Source: a virus (taxonomy: Duplodnaviria; Caudoviricetes). From it: a DNA stretch of 35,287 nt. Location of the stretch: the IMG/VR virus record IMGVR_UViG_3300042338_000599, positions 1 to 35,287 of that record, one strand, 5' to 3'. Position 1 is the first letter of the stretch. Each line of letters begins with the position of its first letter. Both the position numbers and the translations under genes were made by a program. The notes beneath the pieces were generated by a model. The model saw only the letters and a list, made by a program, of their open reading frames with translations. It had not been told where the DNA came from and did not search any database. Below are positions 1-8,102 of the stretch, piece after piece.

Positions 1-662
1 TCTTTCATACTGTCGTCTATCTTTCTGCTCCATCTCTTATATCTTTTTATGACTATTTCTAAGCATTCAGAATATGTCAAATGCGATGTTTCCTTCATGC
101 TTTTTATTGCATAAGCATCCCTCCACCAATTTGTAGAATCAACAGAACTTATTTTTCTGTATTTTGTATATTCTCTTAATGCCCATCCATGTACATGAAT
201 ATTATTTGGTATCTTTTCTAGTGTTGACCTTATGAAATATTCTTTATTACCTCTTGGAGGTATTAATCCTAAACCAATCCATTGATTCCTTTCCTGTGAA
301 ATTGTAATCAGATCCTTAAGTAATTCAGGTGGATCTGTTTCATGAAATGTAGGGAAACCTTTAGGAAATTTTTCGTAATTCCTTAATGATTTTCGCCAGT
401 CTCCTGAAATATCATCAAGGCCTGCAATGGCATCAGCATGCAAAACCCACTTTTCAGACCAATCAGCATAAGCGTCTATATCTATTTTTTTGCCTGTACT
501 GAATTCTGAAAACGCACCTGAATCAATTAATATTCTTTCAAAGGTTTCTTGATATCCATTCATTATCCAATTACTACAAATAGCAAACGATAATAGTACT
601 GGCATTTCATTCGCCCAAGAAGCTTGTAATTGATTATTAGGGCTTGACAAATATACTTCCAT
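1..662 (-). CDS. dpdA: DpdA-like TGT-fold 7-deazaguanine DNA transglycosylase (3'-truncated by window edge; not in ORF track)
   Basis: Manual translation from the ATG at 662 (TAATG overlap with the queE stop): MEVYLSSPNNQ...RILIDSGAFSEF...FPTFH...WIGLG...IHVHGWA...SSVDSTNWW, open to position 1. DSGAF, HxHG and SVDS are TGT/DpdA barrel motifs, and the gene is coupled to queE. Confidence 0.8.
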   Translation of the reverse strand, partial: MEVYLSSPNNQLQASWANEMPVLLSFAICSNWIMNGYQETFERILIDSGAFSEFSTGKKIDIDAYADWSEKWVLHADAIAGLDDISGDWRKSLRNYEKFPKGFPTFHETDPPELLKDLITISQERNQWIGLGLIPPRGNKEYFIRSTLEKIPNNIHVHGWALREYTKYRKISSVDSTNWWRDAYAIKSMKETSHLTYSECLEIVIKRYKRWSRKIDDSMK

Positions 663-1267
663 TAATCAACTCCCCAAGTTTTATGTGCTTGAATACCTAA
701 TTTAAAATCCTTCCTAGCTTCTACCCAATCTAAACACATACCTAAAGTTTCAGGTCTTTTATCACATGGGGTAATATATTTATGTATGAATCCTGAAAAA
801 TCATAATTAAACCAATCTAGCAAGTTGTTTCCGTTAAGGTCTGGAACTAAATTTATTTGATTGCCTTCGTGAATCTTTAGGTCGCTAGGTTTACCATGAG
901 GAGATACTGATATAAAATTAAATGGAATTTCTTTGACTTCTCTGATTCCAGAAGTTGCTAGTGCAAATCTTTTAAATGGAAAATATTTTTGTAACTCCCT
1001 GATCAATAATCCAACATCTTGATCTGTTGGTTCTCCTCCAGTAATCCAAATCCATTCAACTTCTTTATTATCTGTTGTTGACAATTCTGTAACTATGTCA
1101 GAAATTGTAAATGTAAGTTTGTTATGGTTGTATTTTGTATCACAGAATCTACAACCTACTGAACATCCTGCAAGCCTAAAAAATATCTGTATCGTTCCTA
1201 AAAAATATCCTTCGCCCTGCACAGTTTTAAAAATATGTTTGTCAGCAAATAAAAACTTCATAATCAC
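662..1267 (-). CDS. queE: 7-carboxy-7-deazaguanine synthase (radical SAM)
   Basis: FKTVQGEG, FFRLAGCSVGCRFCDT (CxxxCxxC), ITGGEP, VSP and C-terminal LGIQAHK are QueE signatures. Confidence 0.92.
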   Translation of the reverse strand: MIMKFLFADKHIFKTVQGEGYFLGTIQIFFRLAGCSVGCRFCDTKYNHNKLTFTISDIVTELSTTDNKEVEWIWITGGEPTDQDVGLLIRELQKYFPFKRFALATSGIREVKEIPFNFISVSPHGKPSDLKIHEGNQINLVPDLNGNNLLDWFNYDFSGFIHKYITPCDKRPETLGMCLDWVEARKDFKLGIQAHKTWGVD

Positions 1268-1644
1268 CTCTTAAGTTTATTAAATCCATTAATGCAATTC
1301 ATATTCCCAAAATTGTCTTCTTGTTCGTTAATATCAACAAGAAAAGGTTTATCTAATATGATCGAAAGATCATTTACTTTGATCTCTGTTTGTATCCCGC
1401 AAGAACTAACAAGCCTTGCAAATTTTCTTCTTGAATCTGCCCTAAATTTAGAATCATTTGACCACATATGAAAATTACAATCAACCAACTTTCCTTGATA
1501 AGAACCTTGAATGATTTGAATATCGCAAGCAATGTATTTATTACCTGCTTTAGATGTTTTTATATCTGCCTTTAGGACCCTAGCTGTGTAAGTTCCTTTA
1601 GGTATTGGTTTACATTCTTCTGGTGAAAATATTAGATCATCCAT
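1264..1644 (-). CDS. DUF669-like single-stranded DNA-binding protein
   Basis: PIPKGTYTARVLKADIKTSKAGNKY matches the DUF669 N-terminal pattern; lies downstream of a Sak4-like ATPase. Confidence 0.7.
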   Translation of the reverse strand: MDDLIFSPEECKPIPKGTYTARVLKADIKTSKAGNKYIACDIQIIQGSYQGKLVDCNFHMWSNDSKFRADSRRKFARLVSSCGIQTEIKVNDLSIILDKPFLVDINEQEDNFGNMNCINGFNKLKR

Positions 1645-1656
1645 GAAACACCTCGT

Positions 1657-1689
1657 AAAAATAAAGGGGAAGAACCTTAATTCTTCCCC
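1657..1689 (-). terminator. Rho-independent terminator between the two SSB genes
   Basis: 9-bp stem GGGGAAGAA (1666-1674) / TTCTTCCCC (1681-1689), followed on the minus strand by TTTATTTTT. Confidence 0.75.
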
Positions 1690-1700
1690 AGTTAATAAAA

Positions 1701-2126
1701 TTAAACAGTGTAAAATTTGTCAATGTTTTCGTATACATTTCCATCTTTTTCACTATTCTTAATCTTAACCATACAAGATTGACCTAAAATAGATTGTGCA
1801 GTAAGCTTTTCAAGACCTAAAGCACGATCTAAAGATTGCCTAATTTTTGCATGAATGTTACATACCTTAGGATTACTATGTCCGTCTTTGATATATAGGG
1901 AAAATGTTTTAATCCTACCTCCCATTTCATGTGAGTCATCAATTTTAACGGATAAAGAAATCCATCTTTTATCATCCTTTGATCGCATCTCTGCTTTTGT
2001 AATTGTGATTGGATAATCACCAGAAGGAAGAACATCGCTTTTTTGAATTTCTTTTGCTTCTTCAACAGAGAAAATTTCAAAGTCGTCTGATCCATTTCCA
2101 AAAGCATCGTAGTTATCAACAGCCAT
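1701..2126 (-). CDS. DUF669-like single-stranded DNA-binding protein
   Basis: VLPSGDYPITITKAEMR...ILGQSCMVKIK pattern; directly after the Sak4-like gene. Confidence 0.7.
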   Translation of the reverse strand: MAVDNYDAFGNGSDDFEIFSVEEAKEIQKSDVLPSGDYPITITKAEMRSKDDKRWISLSVKIDDSHEMGGRIKTFSLYIKDGHSNPKVCNIHAKIRQSLDRALGLEKLTAQSILGQSCMVKIKNSEKDGNVYENIDKFYTV

Positions 2127-2887
2127 TATACAGTCTCCTTTTTAGAACTAGAAAAAATAGAATTGATCTTGTTGACAAAAGCGTCAACAGACATTACACC
2201 AGACACTCCAGGGATCCTAGATTTAGCGGTTAGGCCACCTCTAGGTGTTACTGTTACAGTCCTCTTAACATTGTCTCCTTCCTTTTTAATAATGGATTTA
2301 CCTTCGTCATCGATCACTAAATCAATTTCGATAAATCCGATTAAGTCAGCCCAACTTGTAGCCCACTCAGTCATACTTTTATCGCCACGAACTTGAAATG
2401 CAGCATACTCTCCTCTTGTTGGATCGTTGACATTTTTAATCGTACTATGAGCCAAGAACCAAACCCCTAGATCCTTTTTAGAACATAGAGAATTAATCGC
2501 TAGGCTCATCTGAGTTGAAGCTTCTATCAGCCCTTTACCATATCCGCCACACGCCAGAACTATTGAACTAGAATTAGATTGCATACAGATATGTTGATGT
2601 AGCAATCGTTCTAGTGCCGTCAAACTATCAATGACTATGTTCTTATAATCGAATGTTTTGCTTCCAGAAATTTCCTTTATGATTTCTTTAATGGTTACAA
2701 CAAACTCGTTCCAAGAATTAATCCTGATAGCATCAACATCTATACCTGAAATACCATCCTCGATGTTAAGGAATAAAGGTTTTTCAAGTTTTGATCCTAG
2801 CGTTGACTTTCCACTTCCTTCTGGTCCAAACAAAACCGCTTTAGGTTTATTATTAGGACCAAAGTTAATAGGTTTAGAAATATTCAT
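2126..2887 (-). CDS. AAA_24 / Sak4-like ATPase (single-strand annealing protein)
   Basis: Walker A GPEGSGKST, Walker B IVIDSLT, GGYGKG, WADLIGF and AKSR motifs. Confidence 0.85.
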   Translation of the reverse strand: MNISKPINFGPNNKPKAVLFGPEGSGKSTLGSKLEKPLFLNIEDGISGIDVDAIRINSWNEFVVTIKEIIKEISGSKTFDYKNIVIDSLTALERLLHQHICMQSNSSSIVLACGGYGKGLIEASTQMSLAINSLCSKKDLGVWFLAHSTIKNVNDPTRGEYAAFQVRGDKSMTEWATSWADLIGFIEIDLVIDDEGKSIIKKEGDNVKRTVTVTPRGGLTAKSRIPGVSGVMSVDAFVNKINSIFSSSKKETV

Positions 2888-3342
2888 TAGTCATTCTCCT
2901 GTTCATCAATGTTAAAAATTCTAAGTGATACATCATAGTTGTTGGCTTGAAACCAAGCATGCTTTAGTTTCATTTCATGGTTTTCACCAAAGAAATGTTG
3001 GCAACCTAAAGTCAAGATTTCATCAAAAATATCACGATGAACTGTAATATTAAATTTAGTTTTTGTAGCTAAGATGTTAATAGTTCCAATGATGTCAATA
3101 ATATTTTCATCGTCAGAATTAAGTTCTTGTCTAATTTCTGTAACATCAAAAATAGAACGATCAGCAAAGTGACCATAACCCATTTGATTCTTTTCCATCC
3201 CTGTGTCAAGAAAAGGTTTCATCATCTCAAAATTGAAATCAAGAATTACGATAAGTCCATACCCATCGATTCCAAGATTGTTAAATGTTCTTGACTCGGA
3301 CGCTAGGTTAAAGATTCTTTTCTTTGGTTCAACAGACGACAT
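2887..3342 (-). CDS. hypothetical protein
   Basis: 151-aa ORF with AAAGGGAG RBS; stop overlaps the next start. Confidence 0.7.
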   Translation of the reverse strand: MSSVEPKKRIFNLASESRTFNNLGIDGYGLIVILDFNFEMMKPFLDTGMEKNQMGYGHFADRSIFDVTEIRQELNSDDENIIDIIGTINILATKTKFNITVHRDIFDEILTLGCQHFFGENHEMKLKHAWFQANNYDVSLRIFNIDEQEND

Positions 3343-3366
3343 AACAACTCCCTTTAAAGGTAGAAA

Positions 3367-3427
3367 TTGACCAACGGCTGTATGTGTGCCTACGTCCTAG
3401 GAAACGATCCTAGTAACCGTTGGTCAA
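3367..3427 (-). other. intergenic stem-loop structure
   Basis: Perfect 11-bp inverted repeat TTGACCAACGG (3367-3377) / CCGTTGGTCAA (3417-3427) enclosing an inner hairpin CTAGGA/TCCTAG. Confidence 0.6.
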
Positions 3428-3639
3428 AGATCATCGAGTGGGGTGTATTCGCTAATGTCGATCGACATTTTAGCGTTGAACTTTTCTCCAGTGTTATCGC
3501 ATGCACGAAAATCATGCTTTAAGTCTTTAGGATGAAAAATTTGTAATCCATAAAAATTGCGAGCAATCATCAAAAGCTTTTTTTCTTCTGAGCCAGGCTG
3601 CAAGTTTGTTGGTTTAGATGCTTCATCTTTAGACATCAT
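3424..3639 (-). CDS. small conserved hypothetical protein (PTxxxPGSxEK...R...GxxxFHPxD motif)
   Basis: KPTNLQPGSEEKKLLMIARNFYGLQIFHPKD resembles a small-protein motif I recall from Planctomycetota genomes and prophages. Confidence 0.6.
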   Translation of the reverse strand: MMSKDEASKPTNLQPGSEEKKLLMIARNFYGLQIFHPKDLKHDFRACDNTGEKFNAKMSIDISEYTPLDDL

Positions 3640-3677
3640 TGGAGAATTCCTTTTCCATACTCCCTCACCACAAATGA

Positions 3678-3706
3678 ATCTTATAGTTGATCATTAAAAA
3701 AGTAAA
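3678..3706 (-). promoter_or_regulatory. candidate sigma70 promoter of the leftward recombination/modification operon
   Basis: Minus strand TTTACT-17 nt-TAAGAT in the AT-rich divergent intergenic region. Confidence 0.5.
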
Positions 3707-3809
3707 CAGAATTATCATACATTTTAAAAAATAATAATTTGTAATAATAATAGATACAATAAAATTGTTTTTTGATAATATTTAAAATAGCCAGAAAGCG
3801 AGGTGTCAC

Positions 3810-3992
3810 ATGGCTAAAAAAAGAGGTACGAAAAAAGGTGAAAGGGAAAAGCTTTGGATAATTTTCCGCCTTGGCTCAGACCTTAAAAGCAAGATTCATC
3901 ATCTTGCACTTGCAAAAAATCGTACGATGAATGGTCAGACTTTAGAAATTTTAGAAAACTTTTTTAAGGAGAATCATAATGATTCCTATTGA
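3810..3992 (+). CDS. Arc-like ribbon-helix-helix DNA-binding protein
   Basis: IIFRLGSDLKSKIHHLALAKNRTMNGQTLEILE fits the Arc pattern (xRLPxxLxxxIxxxAxxxxRSxN); GAGGTG RBS. Confidence 0.8.
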   Translation: MAKKRGTKKGEREKLWIIFRLGSDLKSKIHHLALAKNRTMNGQTLEILENFFKENHNDSY

Positions 3993-4767
3993 GTATTTGT
4001 CTCACAGTCGTTTAGAAATGTTTAGAAAAAATCCTACTCTTTATAAGAAAACATACATAGATAAAGTTACAGAGCGAACTTCATCTCCTGCTATGATTCT
4101 TGGAAGTTTAGTTCATTCAATGTTATTGGAACCGGAGACGGTTGATGAAAAGTTTGCTGTTGCTCCTATATGTGATAAGCGTACTAAAGCAGGTAAAGAA
4201 ACTTTTGAAAAATTTCAAGAGACATTGAAACCTGAAACTATGATTATTACACACGATGATGTTCAACAAGCTAACAGAATGATTGCTTCAATTCATGAAA
4301 ACACAGCTTCAAGTTATTTTCTTAATTCTTCTACAATAGTAAAAGAAAAAGAAATATTAACAGAGGTTGTTTTTGATGCTGCACCAATCAACGTCAAGTT
4401 TATTTGTGATCTATATGATACACAAAATAATTGGGTAGCTGATTTAAAAACAGCTTCCAGTTATGATGTTCTTGACTGGGGTAAAGATTGCGTGTTTAAC
4501 GGTTACTTCAGACAACTAGCGTTATACCGATTCTGTCTTAGATCAATGCAAATACCTATCAGGGATTGTTTCCATATCGTTGTAGACAAGAATGAATATC
4601 CATCCGCGATGGTTGTTCAGTTTGATAGTTCTGATATTGATAGGGCAGAAAACCAAGTGTTTGAAGGAATTAGGGCATTAATTAATGCTCATTCAACAGG
4701 TGTTTTTCAGCCTAATTATTACGGAATTATTCCTAAAGTAACTGCACCAGCTTGGTCATGGAGATAA
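3979..4767 (+). CDS. RecE/exonuclease VIII-like PD-(D/E)XK nuclease (DUF3799-like)
   Basis: YLSHSRL, PAMILGSLVHSMLLEPE, DKRTKAGKE, D..ADLKT and YFRQLALY motifs. Confidence 0.85.
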   Translation: MIPIEYLSHSRLEMFRKNPTLYKKTYIDKVTERTSSPAMILGSLVHSMLLEPETVDEKFAVAPICDKRTKAGKETFEKFQETLKPETMIITHDDVQQANRMIASIHENTASSYFLNSSTIVKEKEILTEVVFDAAPINVKFICDLYDTQNNWVADLKTASSYDVLDWGKDCVFNGYFRQLALYRFCLRSMQIPIRDCFHIVVDKNEYPSAMVVQFDSSDIDRAENQVFEGIRALINAHSTGVFQPNYYGIIPKVTAPAWSWR

Positions 4768-4799
4768 GTCTAGATGCGGAGATACATCTAGATGAAACT

Positions 4800-4893
4800 G
4801 GTGAGCTGGTCTTATGTGTCAACTTGTTGTTGGCATTAAAAGGACAATAGTTTTACCGAGCTATTTAGTAACACACGGCTCACCTTTATTTTT
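4800..4893 (+). ncRNA. candidate structured RNA (three-way junction) followed by a U-tract
   Basis: Closing stem GGTGAGCTG/CGGCTCACC with inner stems TGTCAAC/GTTGGCA (extended by GTCTT/AGGAC) and AATAGTT/AGCTATT; each contains G-U pairs on the plus strand. Confidence 0.4.
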
Positions 4894-4909
4894 CATAGGA
4901 GTTTAATGA

Positions 4910-5299
4910 ATGACTAAAAATTGGGGTACAACTATATTGTTTACATTGCCCCCTTCTGCAAATAGCTGTTGGCGTAATGTTAATGGTAGAACAATCTTGT
5001 CTGCAAAATATAGGCAGTGGAAACTAGAAAACATGCCTATAGGTAGCGAAGGTGTATTTTGCCCTGATTACCCTGTTAACATAAATATAGTTGTACGACC
5101 TGGGAAAAAGTGGCGTAAGTGTGATCTTGATAATAGAATTAAGCCTATCCTTGATCAGCTTAAGAATTGTAAATATCTTAAGGATGATAATTGTGATTAT
5201 GTTAAAGCTATATCAATAAAGCTAGGTAAAAAAGCAGATAATGATTTCGAAAGTTATGTCGAGATTGATATGTTAAAATGTGAAGATTTATCTATATAA
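4910..5299 (+). CDS. rusA: RusA-like Holliday junction resolvase
   Basis: LPPSANSCWR, DLDNRIKPILDQL and DD motifs. Confidence 0.85.
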   Translation: MTKNWGTTILFTLPPSANSCWRNVNGRTILSAKYRQWKLENMPIGSEGVFCPDYPVNINIVVRPGKKWRKCDLDNRIKPILDQLKNCKYLKDDNCDYVKAISIKLGKKADNDFESYVEIDMLKCEDLSI

Positions 5300-5329
5300 T
5301 GATAGATCAAAAAGTTATGGAATAAAAAT

Positions 5330-5884
5330 ATGAGCAAAAGGATTTCTCAATCAGAAGCAATTCAAATGGCAACAAGACGATCTTGTTTTTTTATTCGAGA
5401 ATATACAGGATTAGAAATTATGCCAGAAGAATTGTTTTCAACTTGCAATGAAGCTATATCTATTTTATCGATGAAATGGGATTCTGAATTAATACCTATT
5501 AAAAAAAACCCAGAGTCGATTCTTAATATAGTTTGTTGTATGAATGTTATGGAATGGTGCCTTAACAGTTGTGAAATAAAAACTAATTCGAAAGGATATA
5601 AATTAAATGCACAAAAGATAAGTGATGAACTTGTAGAAATGTCTGTAAATTTTGAAAAAATGTTTCCAGGTTTAATGTCAACAAAAGGGGCAGAAAAATC
5701 AATGTATGATGGAGTTTCAGCTACGGCTGAAGCTGTAGAAACAAAAGGATTTTTTTGGTCAAAAAAGTTGAATGAAAAGATAACAATTCTCATGAGTTTT
5801 TACCCAGTGTTACAAATTCATGCGAAACAAAATGCAAAGCTTTTAGAATTAATGAATTGTTTAACAACCAATAAGGGAGTTTAA
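5330..5884 (+). CDS. hypothetical protein
   Basis: 184-aa ORF in operon orientation, coupled to the next gene. Confidence 0.7.
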   Translation: MSKRISQSEAIQMATRRSCFFIREYTGLEIMPEELFSTCNEAISILSMKWDSELIPIKKNPESILNIVCCMNVMEWCLNSCEIKTNSKGYKLNAQKISDELVEMSVNFEKMFPGLMSTKGAEKSMYDGVSATAEAVETKGFFWSKKLNEKITILMSFYPVLQIHAKQNAKLLELMNCLTTNKGV

Positions 5885-6273
5885 TGATGGCTTGTACGAT
5901 TAATGATGTTATTTATGTAACGAGTGCTGAAGCTAGGATAATTCTAGGTATCAGTGCGTCAGCTATGACACATAATATTACGAAACTTATATTTCGCAAT
6001 GTTATAAACCTAAACGATTTTGATTTTGCTACAAACTTACTTGAATCAGCTGGAGTATTATCAGATGATATGAAAATAAGGATCAAGAAGATTACTGATA
6101 AGACAAGAGCTACATACTTGATTCCTATCGATCAAGTCGTAGAAAAAGCAAAAGCATATAAGGAAAAAGAAAACAAAAGAATTGAGCGTAAGCTTAAAAG
6201 GATTCAAGAAGCATTGAAACTTGTTAATGAATCTAATGGTTACACAAACAATCAAATTACAGAAAAGGAATAG
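5884..6273 (+). CDS. hypothetical protein, possible N-terminal helix-turn-helix
   Basis: YVTSAEARIILGISASAM resembles an excisionase/MerR-type HTH start; AAGGGAG RBS. Confidence 0.55.
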   Translation: MMACTINDVIYVTSAEARIILGISASAMTHNITKLIFRNVINLNDFDFATNLLESAGVLSDDMKIRIKKITDKTRATYLIPIDQVVEKAKAYKEKENKRIERKLKRIQEALKLVNESNGYTNNQITEKE

Positions 6274-6276
6274 CAA

Positions 6277-6585
6277 ATGGAATTGCAAGATTATAAGGAC
6301 TTTTTTCAGAAATGTACGCAACATATTTCCGATCGAACTGCAACTTATGGTTCACCAGAAGTTAATTTTAAACATATTGCAAACGCTTGGAGTATCGTTT
6401 TAAAGCGAAAAATTACTCCATATGAAGTTTCAATAATGATGGTTCACTTAAAGCTTGCACGGCTCGTTAATGATATTCATATTGATTCTATTCAAGACGC
6501 AGCAGCTTACCTAGCTATTGCACAATCTTTTGCTAAACAGGAAGCTGGAATAGAAGAACATTGGTTATCTAAAGTGCAGCTATAA
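6277..6585 (+). CDS. DUF6378-like phage protein (all-alpha NTP pyrophosphohydrolase-like)
   Basis: RTATYGSPEVNFKHIANAWS...MMVHLKLARL...DSIQDAAAY pattern. Confidence 0.75.
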   Translation: MELQDYKDFFQKCTQHISDRTATYGSPEVNFKHIANAWSIVLKRKITPYEVSIMMVHLKLARLVNDIHIDSIQDAAAYLAIAQSFAKQEAGIEEHWLSKVQL

Positions 6586-6623
6586 AAAAAAGGATAGGGA
6601 AAACCCCTATCCTTATTTTTTTT
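6584..6623. terminator. bidirectional Rho-independent terminator between convergent operons
   Basis: AAGGATAGGG / CCCTATCCTT stem with an A-tract on the left and a T-tract on the right. Confidence 0.85.
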
Positions 6624-6632
6624 ATTTTTATA

Positions 6633-6947
6633 TTAATTATCATAATCAAAATCAAAACCTCTGTTAGATTCAGGGTCTATTAATTTTAATTTGATCCAAC
6701 ATTCGCCATTAACTATTATCTGAAGTCCTTTTACATCTACGGATAAATTAAAATGATCAGTCAATTTGTGATCATTATGTTTTTCATAAAAATATTCAAT
6801 CCAACTTTCAAAATCTTCTAAACCATCTCCATCGCTATATGCCCTAGCGATAGCACTATCCAAACAGTTCCATTTTTCATCAGCAGCTAATTCAGACATT
6901 GCCCAACGGTCTTCTGTTTCTCTTGATACATCGTTACAATCAAACAT
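6633..6947 (-). CDS. hypothetical acidic protein
   Basis: Start reassigned to the ATG at 6947 (MFDCND), preceded by AAAGGGG RBS and a U-rich tract. Confidence 0.7.
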   Translation of the reverse strand: MFDCNDVSRETEDRWAMSELAADEKWNCLDSAIARAYSDGDGLEDFESWIEYFYEKHNDHKLTDHFNLSVDVKGLQIIVNGECWIKLKLIDPESNRGFDFDYDN

Positions 6948-6990
6948 AGTAATCCCCTTTAAAAAAAATAAAAAAAAACACCTCTTGGCC

Positions 6991-7167
6991 CTAAACCGCA
7001 TTTCTGCGGTTTAATTCGTTTTGGATTTTTTCGATTTGCTTCTTGCATTTGTTAATTTGAACGCCGATCATCATGAAATTAATTCTGTCCATGATCATAA
7101 AGCTGAGTGCCTGGCTGCTCAATTTTTTGTAATCTTTAGCCCTTAGAATCGTCTTGTTATTAACCAT
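6991..7167 (-). CDS. small hypothetical coiled-coil protein
   Basis: ATG at 7167 (MVNNK) with AAGGGG RBS; first gene after the promoter at 7220-7248. Confidence 0.6.
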   Translation of the reverse strand: MVNNKTILRAKDYKKLSSQALSFMIMDRINFMMIGVQINKCKKQIEKIQNELNRRNAV

Positions 7168-7219
7168 TTTTAAACCCCTTATGTTTTTAGTCAACTGAAT
7201 TAGTTAACCTTATGAAATT

Positions 7220-7248
7220 ATTCTAAAGATTTGTGTACACAATGTCTA
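7220..7248 (-). promoter_or_regulatory. early sigma70-type promoter
   Basis: TAGACA-17 nt-TAGAAT; one of three near-identical intergenic promoters. Confidence 0.8.
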
Positions 7249-7265
7249 CATCAATTTATAAGATT

Positions 7266-8102
7266 TTATAGTTTATTTTCAATTAATTTCATTCCATAGT
7301 TATTAATTGTTTTTTCTATTATTACATTTTTCTTAGGAATTAGTTCATTTAACCTGAATGGCTCGTAATTTACATGGTGTTGGTATCTGCCCCATTTCCA
7401 GCTGACTGTTACTATTTCCGGATGCTGATCGACTAAAGATTGAGCCATCTTTAACCTACCATCGTCTTTATATAGTTCATCAGTATTACCACCTTTCATT
7501 GTTAATGTAGGTGCTTTTCCACATAAGAATGCATTGAACAAAATCAAACAATAGCCATCCTTTAGTGCGCGGATTGACAGATCAGTATCTTCGTTATATC
7601 TACCGCGCCATCTGTGTTTTAAATCATTCCTGATACAAATGCAAGAATATATGCGGCTATTCAGATAATACGGTGGAACTTTAGTCCTAGCACATGCAAA
7701 ATAATCGTAATTAAATCCTGACATTACAACATTTTCGTATCGGTCTACAAAATCTTCTGCAGCCCTAAACATTGCTCCTGTTGTAACCTTTATTTTTGCA
7801 TTCTTATTTAGCCGTTGAAAATCACGAATATTATCATCCATAATCCAATGCCGTTCTGCACCAATAGATATAGAATGTTCCCATACCCAATTGCGTGCTG
7901 GAATCGAACCTTGACCTAAATTAGAAAACGGAAGTACATAAATCTTTTTAGGATCTATCACTTCAGCATACTTATCATATTCTTGAGGTTCGATTACGAT
8001 ATGGTATGGTACGTTCATTTTTTCTAAAGCCTTAGAAGTCAAACGCGTGTCCCATCTACCTTTGCTAATAATATAAATCGGATGCCTAGGATTATTCATC
8101 AT
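7266..8102 (-). CDS. TAGT / GREB1-like (base-J-type) glycosyltransferase, putative DNA base glycosylation
   Basis: PIYIISKGR, IVIEPQEYDKY, GSIPARNWVWE, HWIMDDNI, RIYSC, GRYNEDTDLS and KGGNT motifs of the TET-associated GT-A family. Confidence 0.85.
   Translation of the reverse strand: MMNNPRHPIYIISKGRWDTRLTSKALEKMNVPYHIVIEPQEYDKYAEVIDPKKIYVLPFSNLGQGSIPARNWVWEHSISIGAERHWIMDDNIRDFQRLNKNAKIKVTTGAMFRAAEDFVDRYENVVMSGFNYDYFACARTKVPPYYLNSRIYSCICIRNDLKHRWRGRYNEDTDLSIRALKDGYCLILFNAFLCGKAPTLTMKGGNTDELYKDDGRLKMAQSLVDQHPEIVTVSWKWGRYQHHVNYEPFRLNELIPKKNVIIEKTINNYGMKLIENKL

Noticed and set aside
3367-3427. Hammerhead ribozyme
   Set aside because: GAAAC is present but the CTGANGA core is absent on both strands.
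4800-4884. tRNA (GGTGAGC...GCTCACC acceptor-like stem, 85 nt)
   Set aside because: No TTCRA T-loop, canonical D-loop or CCA end; kept only as a candidate structured RNA.
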